A stretch of DNA of 55,043 nucleotides from an uncultured virus (IMG/VR IMGVR_UViG_3300027833_000020) (lineage: Duplodnaviria; Heunggongvirae; Uroviricota; Caudoviricetes), in the IMG/VR virus record IMGVR_UViG_3300027833_000020. One strand, 5' to 3'. The notes under the pieces were generated by a model. The model saw only the letters and a program-made list of their open reading frames with translations, had not been told where the DNA came from and ran no database searches. The translations under genes and the position numbers were made by a program. Position 1 is the first letter of the stretch; each line of letters begins with the position of its first letter. Below are positions 39,662 to 48,181 of the stretch, piece by piece.

Positions 39662-40423
39662 TTGGCGTTTAATATCTCAGAATTTAAAACACAGATGGAC
39701 TGGTTCGGTGGCCCATCACGCGGTTCTCTATTTGAAGTACAGATTTCGAGACCATCAAACGTTAAGTCGCGAGCTAGCTCTCGTGATCTTACATTCTTTT
39801 GTAAGAACGCTTCTATTCCTGGTGTCACAATGAACACTATACAAAATGATCAGGTTGCACAGTTTCGTAAATTGATGCCAATGGGTGTTAATACAGAGCC
39901 AGTTCAAGCAATCTTTTTACTTGATTCAGATCATCAAGTACTATCTTTCTTTCACTCGTGGGCTCAAAACGTAGTTAACTTCGGTACTGCTGCAGGCTCA
40001 TTTGCAGAGGTAGATGGTAAGTTACCGTTTGAAATAGGATATAAAGATAGTTATGCATGCCGTATTGTTATTAGACAATACTCTACAAACTATGATGTTT
40101 CAGGACAGTACTACGAAGTCATATTAGATAACGCATTTCCAATGATGATTGGTGATGTTGACTTGGCTTGGGAAAATAACGATTCATTCTCTGTATTACC
40201 AGTATCGTTTCAATACGATAGGATTCAGATGACTGGTGAAAGAATAGGATCACCCACTGCACGATATGGCAGGGGTAACGGAATACTAGGATTGATTAAT
40301 CAAATCGGCGCGGTTGGTCAATTAATAGGACAAAACTTGGTACCAGAGTCTGTACAAGATGCAGTGAATAAGTATACAAGAGTAAATAACAAAGTGCGTC
40401 GACTTAAAGACTTTTTTGGTTAA
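39662..40423 (+). CDS. gp54: Tail tube initiator gp54-like (gp19 family), probable TTG start
   Basis: AFNISEFK...FEVQI...FFCKNASIPG...AFPMMIGDVDLAW...VSFQY. The TTG at 39662 follows the SD AGAGGA just after the gp2 stop. Confidence 0.75.
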   Translation: MAFNISEFKTQMDWFGGPSRGSLFEVQISRPSNVKSRASSRDLTFFCKNASIPGVTMNTIQNDQVAQFRKLMPMGVNTEPVQAIFLLDSDHQVLSFFHSWAQNVVNFGTAAGSFAEVDGKLPFEIGYKDSYACRIVIRQYSTNYDVSGQYYEVILDNAFPMMIGDVDLAWENNDSFSVLPVSFQYDRIQMTGERIGSPTARYGRGNGILGLINQIGAVGQLIGQNLVPESVQDAVNKYTRVNNKVRRLKDFFG

Positions 40424-40437
40424 TGGAGAAATAAATT

Positions 40438-41139
40438 ATGGCTTTACCTAAGATTGATTTACCGATTTTTGAATTGAAATTACCCTCAACAGGGGAAAAT
40501 ATTAAATACAGACCGTTTACGGTTAAAGAAGAAAAGATTTTTTTGATAGCACAGGAATCAAAAGAAGCTGAGCAAGAAGTGTTGGCAGTTAAACAAGTTG
40601 TTAATAACTGTTTAGTAGATCATAATGTAGATAACATGCCGATGTTTGATTTAGAATATGTTATGTTAGTGCTAAGATCTAAATCAGTAAATAACGTGAT
40701 TGAATTCCAAGTGACTGATCCAGAGACGGAAGAAAAAATAGAATTAAGTTTAGATATTGAACAAGTTATTGTTGAAATGCCAGAAAAAGGTACAGAACAA
40801 GTAAAGATTAATGAAGACTATTCACTATTTTTAAAATATCCATCTATAAACGAGTACGCTAAAATCGCTACTATGGATGCAGAAGATCCTCTAGTAAACT
40901 ATACTATGATGGTTTCATGTTTAGATAAAGTAGCTTCTGAAGATGAAGTATTTGAATTTTCTACACATACTGATAATGAAATACGAGATTTTGTAGATGG
41001 TTTGTCAACAGACGTTATTAAAGGTATTCAAAGCTTTTTTGAAAAAATGCCAAAGCTTCGACATGAAATGAAATATACAAATAAAGAAGGTAAAGATCAG
41101 ACCTTTGTTGTGGAGGGTATGCGCAGTTTTTTTATCTAA
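40438..41139 (+). CDS. gp26: Baseplate hub assembly protein gp26
   Basis: MALPKIDLP...LPSTG..IKYRPFTVKEEK...FDLEY..L.LRSKS...FFEKMPKL...EGMRSFF. Confidence 0.92.
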   Translation: MALPKIDLPIFELKLPSTGENIKYRPFTVKEEKIFLIAQESKEAEQEVLAVKQVVNNCLVDHNVDNMPMFDLEYVMLVLRSKSVNNVIEFQVTDPETEEKIELSLDIEQVIVEMPEKGTEQVKINEDYSLFLKYPSINEYAKIATMDAEDPLVNYTMMVSCLDKVASEDEVFEFSTHTDNEIRDFVDGLSTDVIKGIQSFFEKMPKLRHEMKYTNKEGKDQTFVVEGMRSFFI

Positions 41140-41300
41140 TGCTGTGCCATACTAATTTAAGTAATTTTTACAGAATTATTTTCGCAATGGCACAGCATCA
41201 TAAATATAGTATAAATGAAATAGAACAAATGCTGCCATACGAAAGAGACTTATATTTTGATATGATAGTAGACTTTATAGAATCACAACGAGCAGACTAA
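41139..41300 (+). CDS. gp51: Baseplate hub assembly catalyst gp51-like (53 aa; below the ORF-track cut-off)
   Basis: Manual translation MLCHTNLSNFYRIIFAMAQHHKYSINEIEQMLPYERDLYFDMIVDFIESQRAD contains the QHHKYS..EIE.M.P.ER motif; TAATG overlap with gp26. Confidence 0.85.
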   Translation: MLCHTNLSNFYRIIFAMAQHHKYSINEIEQMLPYERDLYFDMIVDFIESQRAD

Positions 41301-41320
41301 GATTAAGGGAAATAAAAAAC

Positions 41321-43357
41321 ATGGCTTATTCAGAAGATACACAAGCTATTATTGATAGATTAAAAGCTGAAGGCGATCTCATTAGAAATAGTGGGACTAA
41401 TTCTGTGAAATCTTTAAACATTAAACTTGAAAAATTTGATGGATTATTTCAAAGCATTAATACTAATATAATCGAACAAACTTCTATGTTGCAAAAGCAA
41501 ATGGGAATTACTGTTGATGCTGCTGAACGTCTACGATCTAAAGAACAATTTGATGAAGTTACACCCGCACCTACTGCTGATCAAACTGATGATTATGATA
41601 AAAAAGGTAAAGGTAGTAAAGCAGATACAGATAAAGCTATTAATAGAATAGGCGACGATATTGCAAAAGCTTTTAGTTTTAAAAACTTATTGTTAGCAGC
41701 CGGAGCTGGCTTTGTAGGTTTTAACTTTATTAAAGGATTTGTTGATGAGTTTGGTGGAATTAAACCACTGCTTCAAGAGTTAGGCGTTCCTGAATCTACT
41801 TTTACTTCTATGGAATCACTTGGTACTACATTCACAGAAATGAAAACTTCGCTTGAAGGTCTTACTGGTCCAGAAGGATCCATTACTGCAATGTCGAAAA
41901 GTCTAACAGATATAGGTACTACTCTAACATCACTGAACACAAAGTTCGAAACTATTTTAAATATGAACTGGACAACTATAGCATCAGTTGCCTTTGGTGC
42001 TTTATCAGCGTTTGGAGTAGCATGCGCAGCGCTAAGGTTAAAACTTACGAGAATGCGCCTGGATTTAGAGCGCGGTACCGCGGATAGGGCTGGACGAACT
42101 TGGTGGCAACGAGCCTTAGGTTTAAACAAAGATGGTGGACCATATGTACCTCCTGAGACCAATGTTAAAACTCCAATTTATAATCCAGACGGAACAGTTA
42201 AAGGACCCGGTCAATCGGCTAGACCAGGATCAATGATTCCGGAAGCAACAACAACAACAAAACCACCGGTCGTGCAAGAAGGTGGTGGTCGTGGCAGTTA
42301 TGGAATAGATACACCAGAAGGTAGAGCTAATATACGTGCTGATGCTGCTAACATGCGAAGTGGTGGATTTAAATTTGACGCTAACGGAAGATTACAAAAC
42401 ACAGGTGGTGGCTTTGCCAGCGATAAAGCTGCGTTAGAAGCATTAGAAGCATCACTTGATCCAAGATATTCTAAAGTCTTTAGAACAGTAGTTAAAGCTG
42501 CCGTTGTAGTTGGTGTAGCTTTTGCAATATATGATACATACCAAATCTATCATATTTTAAATAACACTAGCGGAATGTTTGATACTGACGAGAAAAAGAT
42601 AAACGCTATCGGTCCTATTATTGGACCACAATTTACTGGTATAGCTGCAGGTGCGTTAGGAGCAGCACTAGGGTTTGCAGTCGGTGGTCCGTGGGGTTCT
42701 TTAGTTGGTGGTTTAGTGTTTGGTGTAGGAGCTGCGTTTTTAACACCAGTTGAATTTGGAATAATGCTAGCAAAAGGATTATTTGGTCTACAGCCTAGTG
42801 ATGAAGATCGGCGAGCACTTTTGCCAGGACAAGTTTCACCAAGACCAACTGCTAGCGGCGTTCAAGGCGACTATGGTAGAAATGAATGGGATACAAATTT
42901 CGGCAATACTCACAGCCCATTAACTGGCATGCCATTAGGTAATTTAGAAACATCAGGAACATATACACCTTACACATCTTCTGGTCCTACTAATCGTGGT
43001 ACCATTGGCCGAAAAGCACGCCGAGATGCACAAAAAGCTGCCGCAACTGCAAAAACTGCAGCTGAGACAATGCCCACTGCTATTTTTGACGCAGACGGAA
43101 GATTAATAATTTATGACGAGTTTGGTAATCCTAGATCATTAAACAATATTGAAATGAAAGGTCCATTGGGCGATTTATTAAGGTCAGATGCTGGTGGAGC
43201 AGGTGGCGGAGTTGCAATGGCAAGTGTTGCTCCTGTAGTAGCACCTACTTACATTATGCAAGGTGGCAGCGAAGTTAAACAAATAACGTTTAAAAGCGGT
43301 AATAGTATGAATGGTGGATCTCTTCTACCATATGGAATGACTAGTAATTACGCATAA
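41321..43357 (+). CDS. Tape-measure/hub protein gp29-like
   Basis: Follows gp26-gp51; helical with G/A-rich hydrophobic segments (AAGALGAALGFAVGGPWGSLVGGLVFG). Called mainly from position. Confidence 0.55.
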   Translation: MAYSEDTQAIIDRLKAEGDLIRNSGTNSVKSLNIKLEKFDGLFQSINTNIIEQTSMLQKQMGITVDAAERLRSKEQFDEVTPAPTADQTDDYDKKGKGSKADTDKAINRIGDDIAKAFSFKNLLLAAGAGFVGFNFIKGFVDEFGGIKPLLQELGVPESTFTSMESLGTTFTEMKTSLEGLTGPEGSITAMSKSLTDIGTTLTSLNTKFETILNMNWTTIASVAFGALSAFGVACAALRLKLTRMRLDLERGTADRAGRTWWQRALGLNKDGGPYVPPETNVKTPIYNPDGTVKGPGQSARPGSMIPEATTTTKPPVVQEGGGRGSYGIDTPEGRANIRADAANMRSGGFKFDANGRLQNTGGGFASDKAALEALEASLDPRYSKVFRTVVKAAVVVGVAFAIYDTYQIYHILNNTSGMFDTDEKKINAIGPIIGPQFTGIAAGALGAALGFAVGGPWGSLVGGLVFGVGAAFLTPVEFGIMLAKGLFGLQPSDEDRRALLPGQVSPRPTASGVQGDYGRNEWDTNFGNTHSPLTGMPLGNLETSGTYTPYTSSGPTNRGTIGRKARRDAQKAAATAKTAAETMPTAIFDADGRLIIYDEFGNPRSLNNIEMKGPLGDLLRSDAGGAGGGVAMASVAPVVAPTYIMQGGSEVKQITFKSGNSMNGGSLLPYGMTSNYA

Positions 43358-43388
43358 AAAAGCGGAGAAAACTATAAGTAATCTCCGC
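43356..43388 (-). terminator. Rho-independent terminator at the convergence point (possibly bidirectional)
   Basis: Inverted repeat GCGGAGA (43362-43368)/TCTCCGC (43382-43388), followed by T6 on the - strand. Confidence 0.7.
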
Positions 43389-43399
43389 CTTCGTAACGT

Positions 43400-43522
43400 C
43401 TATGTAATTAAATTAATACAATGAACCATTACTGCTAAGGCAGTTCCAGTTAGTAGAACCTGTGCTACCATATCACAAAACTGGCCGTCGCATTCCTTAA
43501 ACCAAGAAATAACTATTTTCAT
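43400..43522 (-). CDS. Small hydrophobic protein (40 aa)
   Basis: MKIVISWFKECDGQFCDMVAQVLLTGTALAVMVHCINLIT; strong SD AGGAGG; lies between hsp20 and the terminator. Confidence 0.6.
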   Translation of the reverse strand: MKIVISWFKECDGQFCDMVAQVLLTGTALAVMVHCINLIT

Positions 43523-43552
43523 TAGTTGCCCCTCCTGAGGGCTGTTACAAAA

Positions 43553-44014
43553 TTATTCAGTTAAGAGTGTCTTTTTACCAGACGCACTTTGTTTACCGAT
43601 ATTAATTTTTCGTGGTTTCTTCTCTTCAGGGATTACGTTCTCTAGTTCGATAGATAAAATACCATTTACTAGATCTGCTCCATTAACAATTATAGTGTCT
43701 GAGAGTGTGAAAGCTCTTCTGAAGGCTCGGGCAGAAATACCTTTGTGTAAGTATTCTCCCTCATCTCTATGTGTAGCCTTTTCAGCTATAACTTCGAGAA
43801 CTCCTTCTTTGATCGATACATCAATCTCATCTTCGTCAAATCCAGCCACAGCGAGTTCAATCGTGTATCTGTCTTCGTCAAGTTTTACAATGTTATATGG
43901 AGGGTAATTCGTTTGACCTGGTGTTGAGTTCTGCATTTTGTGTAGAACTCTGTCGAATCCAATAAAAAATGGATCATTAAGCAAGTCTGCTGTCATTCTT
44001 TGTGCGTTTGTCAT
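43553..44014 (-). CDS. hsp20: Small heat shock protein Hsp20 (IbpA-like)
   Basis: NYPPYNIVK...IELAVAGF...YLHKGISARAFRRAFTL...NGILSIELE..IPEEKKPRKI. Start moved to ATG 44014, which follows the SD AAGGAG. Confidence 0.95.
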   Translation of the reverse strand: MTNAQRMTADLLNDPFFIGFDRVLHKMQNSTPGQTNYPPYNIVKLDEDRYTIELAVAGFDEDEIDVSIKEGVLEVIAEKATHRDEGEYLHKGISARAFRRAFTLSDTIIVNGADLVNGILSIELENVIPEEKKPRKINIGKQSASGKKTLLTE

Positions 44015-44109
44015 CTTGATATCTCCTTTTAAATTAAGCAAGATTATTGTTAGCCGTTATTAACCGACCGTTAAAAAGTGCAGAGACCCGAATTTCGGCA
44101 TCCCTACAC
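44012..44109 (-). promoter_or_regulatory. ROSE-like RNA thermometer in the hsp20 5' UTR
   Basis: AUCUUGCUU (44044-44036) can pair with AAGGAGAU (SD) with a bulged G; upstream hairpin GUGUAGGGAUGCCG/CGGGUCUCUGCAC (44109-44078). Confidence 0.65.
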
Positions 44110-44112
44110 GTT

Positions 44113-44120
44113 TATTTATA
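44113..44120 (-). promoter_or_regulatory. T4-type late promoter TATAAATA for hsp20
   Basis: tatttata directly upstream of the structured leader. Confidence 0.65.
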
Positions 44121-44170
44121 TACAAATAATGTATATCTGGTAAAAAAGTTATTACTTTTTGTAATAACCT

Positions 44171-44680
44171 TTATTCATCTGTTGAACCAAAGCCACCGTC
44201 TCGGTCAGTCTTTTGTCCAGGTCTTTCTTCTGTTTCTGTAATCTTGGTACGAAGAGCTTTTTCTATTAGGCATTGAGCAATTCGTTCACCATGCACAATA
44301 AGAGCCATGCTATCTGAAACGTTTTCTAGCATCATATAAGATTCTTCGACATAGTCTGAATCTATTATACCAACACCGTTTGCCATTGTCAACCCTTTTT
44401 TCAGAGCTTGACTAGAACGAATATACATTTTCATTACATGCTTTTCTGGAATATCAAAGATTAAACCTGTTGGTACTAATACTCTAATTCCTGGCGGTAA
44501 TTGAAATGCATCACGTTGACCACCAACGCCTTTTACGACTACAGTCATTTCCTTATTGAAAGCGTTAAATGAGCGTAAACGTTGTCCATTTTCAATACAT
44601 GCTCTAATGTCGAAACAAGCAGAGCCTGTCGTCGCGTATTCAGGCACTGATGCCCGATCATTCACTTTATATACATTCAT
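44171..44680 (-). CDS. dut: Trimeric dUTPase
   Basis: ATTGSACFD, RSS, GIIDSDY, ERIAQ and RDGGFGST motifs. Confidence 0.95.
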   Translation of the reverse strand: MNVYKVNDRASVPEYATTGSACFDIRACIENGQRLRSFNAFNKEMTVVVKGVGGQRDAFQLPPGIRVLVPTGLIFDIPEKHVMKMYIRSSQALKKGLTMANGVGIIDSDYVEESYMMLENVSDSMALIVHGERIAQCLIEKALRTKITETEERPGQKTDRDGGFGSTDE

Positions 44681-44683
44681 AAT

Positions 44684-45088
44684 TTATTTTTTCCCAATAT
44701 TGTATTTAGCTTCTAATGTCCAGTTTGATTTCTCTTTGTGAGATAAGATTTTGATTTGATTTAATGGAGCAGCTAATTCACCTGTTGCATCTTCATGCAC
44801 CATAGAACATAGCTCCCATTCTGCCAGAAGTTTAACAATCGTATTACGTCTTGCTTTATCTTCTTCTGTAAAAGTATTCTTTTTTCCGTCGAGTATAAAC
44901 AATTCCTTAAAATGCAGAATTGCGTATCTTCCCTGTTTATGTAGGATATGGCATGTTTGATATAACTTCTTCTCCTTGCGAGAAGAAATACCAATCCTTG
45001 TTAAAGTTTCCTTAACTTTTAAAAAACTATCTGGGGAAGGAAGTGAGACTTCTATACCGACACCTTTGAAAATGTCTTCTGTTTCCAT
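44684..45088 (-). CDS. regA: Translational repressor RegA
   Basis: FLKVKETLTRIGISSRKEKKLYQTCHILHKQGRYAILHFKELF. Start placed at ATG 45088 after the SD AAGGTG. Confidence 0.95.
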   Translation of the reverse strand: METEDIFKGVGIEVSLPSPDSFLKVKETLTRIGISSRKEKKLYQTCHILHKQGRYAILHFKELFILDGKKNTFTEEDKARRNTIVKLLAEWELCSMVHEDATGELAAPLNQIKILSHKEKSNWTLEAKYNIGKK

Positions 45089-45165
45089 AACGTACAGCAC
45101 CTTATATTTAATTAATTATTTTTGTTGTTATCACGATGCTCACTTGTGCATCATTTATATTTATT

Positions 45166-45570
45166 CTATTTAGAACTTCCGCCTACTATAAGCTTGTTCT
45201 TAACAGTTTTCATATCATCTTGTGATAACGCCTTCAAATAAAGTTTGGCGACGGTACGGTTACATGAATATACTTGTTGAATTGCATCAAGGTCAACACT
45301 TTTATCAGCCTTGGGCCATTTAGAAAAGCGTTTACGTTTACGCAATGCACCTCTGTAATAATCAAACTGAGCACCTTCAAACAGGTGGTGCCGCATATTC
45401 ATTTCATTTGCATGAAGAATAGTATCTTCAAAGTTAGTAAAACCACGATTAACCACATACGGTGTATATTGTTTTTCAATCATATCTGGGTTATCATGAT
45501 TTTTAATCAGATCTTCTTTTGTAAAAGAGACTGCATTCATAAAATCAAATGGGTTATAATCTTTAGCCAT
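45166..45570 (-). CDS. gp62: Clamp loader small subunit gp62
   Basis: NPFDFMNAV...YTPYVVNRG...DTILHANEMN...LRKRKRFSKW; start MAKDY at 45570. Confidence 0.9.
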   Translation of the reverse strand: MAKDYNPFDFMNAVSFTKEDLIKNHDNPDMIEKQYTPYVVNRGFTNFEDTILHANEMNMRHHLFEGAQFDYYRGALRKRKRFSKWPKADKSVDLDAIQQVYSCNRTVAKLYLKALSQDDMKTVKNKLIVGGSSK

Positions 45571-45781
45571 TGTTAAATTCTCCATCCCAATTGCCAAAAA
45601 CGCTTGGTGCTTGCTCAGCAGCTTTTTCCATGTGGTAATCACCAGGATAGTGCTTTAAACAACGATATGCTTCTTTACGTACAACACTTGGAACTCTAGG
45701 TGTCTTCTTAGGATCCATTAGTTCTACTAAGAATTGGCGAGTGTAGTTAACAGCATTCCTTCTTTCATTAGGCATTGTCAT
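45563..45781 (-). CDS. Small conserved protein (BPSL0761-like)
   Basis: MTMPNERRNAV...FL..L.DPKKTPRVP..VR.EA..CLKHYP. Confidence 0.65.
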   Translation of the reverse strand: MTMPNERRNAVNYTRQFLVELMDPKKTPRVPSVVRKEAYRCLKHYPGDYHMEKAAEQAPSVFGNWDGEFNNG

Positions 45782-45977
45782 TTCTTGCTTCCTCAATTGC
45801 TTTGAGAGTTTCATTTACTTCTTCAGCACATGTTGGACATGCTTTGATAGTATGTAACCCGTCTGCTGTATTAAACTTTACGTTGAATGCTTCGCTTGCT
45901 TTTACTTTTACATTACAATTAAAACAATTAACAGGCTTGTCTTTTGATGATCTAACCATCTTATTCCACCAGCCCAT
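45768..45977 (-). CDS. Small Zn-ribbon-like protein
   Basis: CFNC...CPTC; coupled to neighbouring genes. Confidence 0.6.
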   Translation of the reverse strand: MGWWNKMVRSSKDKPVNCFNCNVKVKASEAFNVKFNTADGLHTIKACPTCAEEVNETLKAIEEARNDNA

Positions 45978-46135
45978 TATTCTTTATCCTCGATAGGATT
46001 ATCGTAATAATCGTGTGTGCCTGCGCGGTAGCGAGCTTTACGTTCATCTAACATTATTGTAGATATCCATAAAACTTTCCATCCAAAGTACATGATCGGT
46101 ATCATTATAAGAAATTCAATTATAGTCATCATCAT
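45977..46135 (-). CDS. Small membrane protein (about 52 aa)
   Basis: Manual translation MMMTIIEFLIMIPIMYFGWKVLWISTIMLDERKARYRAGTHDYYDNPIEDKE; ATGA overlap with gp44 and TAATG overlap downstream. Confidence 0.6.
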   Translation of the reverse strand: MMMTIIEFLIMIPIMYFGWKVLWISTIMLDERKARYRAGTHDYYDNPIEDKE

Positions 46136-47085
46136 TTGTACTCGGATTCAAGCATTACTTCTGTTAAGAATGCAACCATATTAACTTCAAGATCTGCTAC
46201 AAAGTTTGCTTTATACATATAATCAGCAAGAGTAACTACGAATCCTGGCATTGACCTAAGTTCAACTTTATCAGTTGACATGTCATAGATACGACGGAAC
46301 ATTTCATTCATATCTTGATCTGAGTTAGAAGCAACCCATTTGCGCATGCCTGTAAAGTTTTTTGCTTTAAGAAGTTTAAACATTTCATCCATAGACTCTT
46401 GCTTAAGGTTAACAAAAATACCTTCGTCAATATTACCAGACGCAGAATAAGTTTGAAGCTCAGTAAGAACACGGCGAAAATCAGGAAAGTGTCGCTCAAT
46501 TACTTTAGCAAGAACTGGCTTTTCGTATGGAACACTTTCATTATCAAGAACATTACACACACGTTTAAAGAATTGCATAGCCATCTTAGGACGCTGTGAA
46601 GTTTCGATAGTAAAATCTACTTCAGATAGCCGAGACCTAAGTGGTTCAATGATACGATTTTTAAAGTTACATGTAAAGATAAACCCACAGTTAGAAGAAT
46701 ATTCTTCGATAAAATTACGTAATGCGGGTTGGACTGATGTAGCATTTAGATAATCTGCTTCATCAAAGATAACATACTTACGACCACCAGACAATGACAT
46801 AGAGGATGCGTATGTAGAGATTTCATATCGAAGAGTATCGATATTAACGTTAAGGGAACCATTCTTAACAATATAATCACAGCCTAACTCTTCGAGCATA
46901 GCTTTTGCGATTGTGGTTTTACCTACACCTGGGCCACCGGTAAGTAGCAAGTTGGGAATGCTTTCGTCTTCAACAAACTTTTTGAAAGCAGCTTTAGTTT
47001 TTTCAGGGAGGATGGTGTCTTCAATTTTTTGTGGTCTGTATTTCTCAACCCACAACACTTCATTTGCTTTTGATTCAATAGACAT
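46132..47085 (-). CDS. gp44: Clamp loader large subunit gp44
   Basis: LWVEKYRP; Walker A GGPGVGKTT; DEAD; IIEPLRSR; FPDFRR. Confidence 0.96.
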   Translation of the reverse strand: MSIESKANEVLWVEKYRPQKIEDTILPEKTKAAFKKFVEDESIPNLLLTGGPGVGKTTIAKAMLEELGCDYIVKNGSLNVNIDTLRYEISTYASSMSLSGGRKYVIFDEADYLNATSVQPALRNFIEEYSSNCGFIFTCNFKNRIIEPLRSRLSEVDFTIETSQRPKMAMQFFKRVCNVLDNESVPYEKPVLAKVIERHFPDFRRVLTELQTYSASGNIDEGIFVNLKQESMDEMFKLLKAKNFTGMRKWVASNSDQDMNEMFRRIYDMSTDKVELRSMPGFVVTLADYMYKANFVADLEVNMVAFLTEVMLESEYK

Positions 47086-47106
47086 ATAATCACCATTTCA
47101 TAATAT

Positions 47107-47144
47107 AAAAATAAGTGCGGGTTTGTTTTGTAACGAGAGCCCGC
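47107..47144. terminator. Possible intergenic hairpin/terminator
   Basis: GCGGGTTT/GAGCCCGC inverted repeat with a T-tract following on the - strand; the stem is short in that sense. Confidence 0.3.
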
Positions 47145-47161
47145 GGTCGTTAATAACACTA

Positions 47162-47446
47162 TTACTGTACTTTATCAGCCAGTGGTGCGTCTGCCGGTAC
47201 ATTAGCCGGAGCTTCTGCATTTGGCATTTGACCTTCAGGGTTTTCACCTTCAGGTGCATTTTGACGTAGGAACATCTCAAGCTTATTACGTAGCATGCCT
47301 ACACCTGCCATTTCATTGCCTTCAATGCCGCCTCTACGAGACACTACATCTACAAGTTGTACAACTGTTGCAATATCTTGCAGTGAGATTTGTACTGGTT
47401 CTTGTTGCTCTTGACCCTGAGCGTTAGGGTTTTGTTGATCAGCCAT
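47162..47446 (-). CDS. Conserved hypothetical protein downstream of gp45
   Basis: ISLQDIATVVQLVDVVSRRGGIEGNEM core with acidic/Q-rich tails; TAATG coupling to gp45. Confidence 0.75.
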   Translation of the reverse strand: MADQQNPNAQGQEQQEPVQISLQDIATVVQLVDVVSRRGGIEGNEMAGVGMLRNKLEMFLRQNAPEGENPEGQMPNAEAPANVPADAPLADKVQ

Positions 47447-48114
47447 TATTCATTTCCTTTTTTATAAGTCGACTTAGTATCAATTGCCACGAAATACGTG
47501 ACGCCTTCGCTTTTAAATTCAGAGATACCCTTCGCGCAAAGAGTAACTTTATAGTCCTGAGGTAAAAGCTTTAGATTATCTGTTTTAATAATAATCTTAA
47601 ATTCATCAGAGGTTGTGCCGATTTCAACACCATAATCATCAGAATTATCGTTGTTGCCATCAATAGCTTTCAGGTAGATTTTACCACCTTCGCCTACGAA
47701 AGCAACTTCACTAAATTGAAGAACACCAGCAGCTTTAATAACTGACTGAAGATCTTCCCAAGAAACATCTACTTGAACATCAGCAGTTGGCAAAGTAATA
47801 TCTTTTTCCGGAGCTGCATGAATCATTGAGATGTCGGCGTAAACATACTTAGTACGTTGTTTGCCTGCTGTAATCATGAAATACTTATCATGAAAGTCTA
47901 CGTCTGGATCTTTATATAGACTCAGAATAGATAAGAACCGAGACAGATCATATACACAAGCCTGTGATGGGATCGTATCTGGGATTGTTGCGGTTGCGAC
48001 GAGTGTTTTTTCTGGTGTTACAGTTTTAAGAACATTGCCTTCTTTCATTAAGATAGACTTGTTGATAGCCGAAAAACTTTTCAGAATCGTAAGAGTACGT
48101 TCACTAAATTTCAT
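47446..48114 (-). CDS. gp45: Sliding clamp gp45
   Basis: MKFSERTLTILKSFSAINKSIL...YDLSRFLSIL...NLKLLPQDYKV...YFVA. Confidence 0.95.
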   Translation of the reverse strand: MKFSERTLTILKSFSAINKSILMKEGNVLKTVTPEKTLVATATIPDTIPSQACVYDLSRFLSILSLYKDPDVDFHDKYFMITAGKQRTKYVYADISMIHAAPEKDITLPTADVQVDVSWEDLQSVIKAAGVLQFSEVAFVGEGGKIYLKAIDGNNDNSDDYGVEIGTTSDEFKIIIKTDNLKLLPQDYKVTLCAKGISEFKSEGVTYFVAIDTKSTYKKGNE

Positions 48115-48144
48115 TGTATAAAACTCCTATTGGTTTATTTATTA

Positions 48145-48173
48145 ATAATATCATCATTTGCTGCTTTTGTCAA
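48145..48173 (-). promoter_or_regulatory. Sigma70-type (early/middle) promoter for the gp45 operon
   Basis: TTGACA (48173-48168), 17-nt spacer, TATTAT (48150-48145). Confidence 0.75.
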
Positions 48174-48181
48174 CACTTATT

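Noticed and set aside
40405..40423. T-run (GAC TTT TTT GGT) at the end of gp54 as a second frameshift site
   Set aside because: C-TTT-TTT is not a full X XXY YYZ heptamer, and gp26 has its own SD and ATG.
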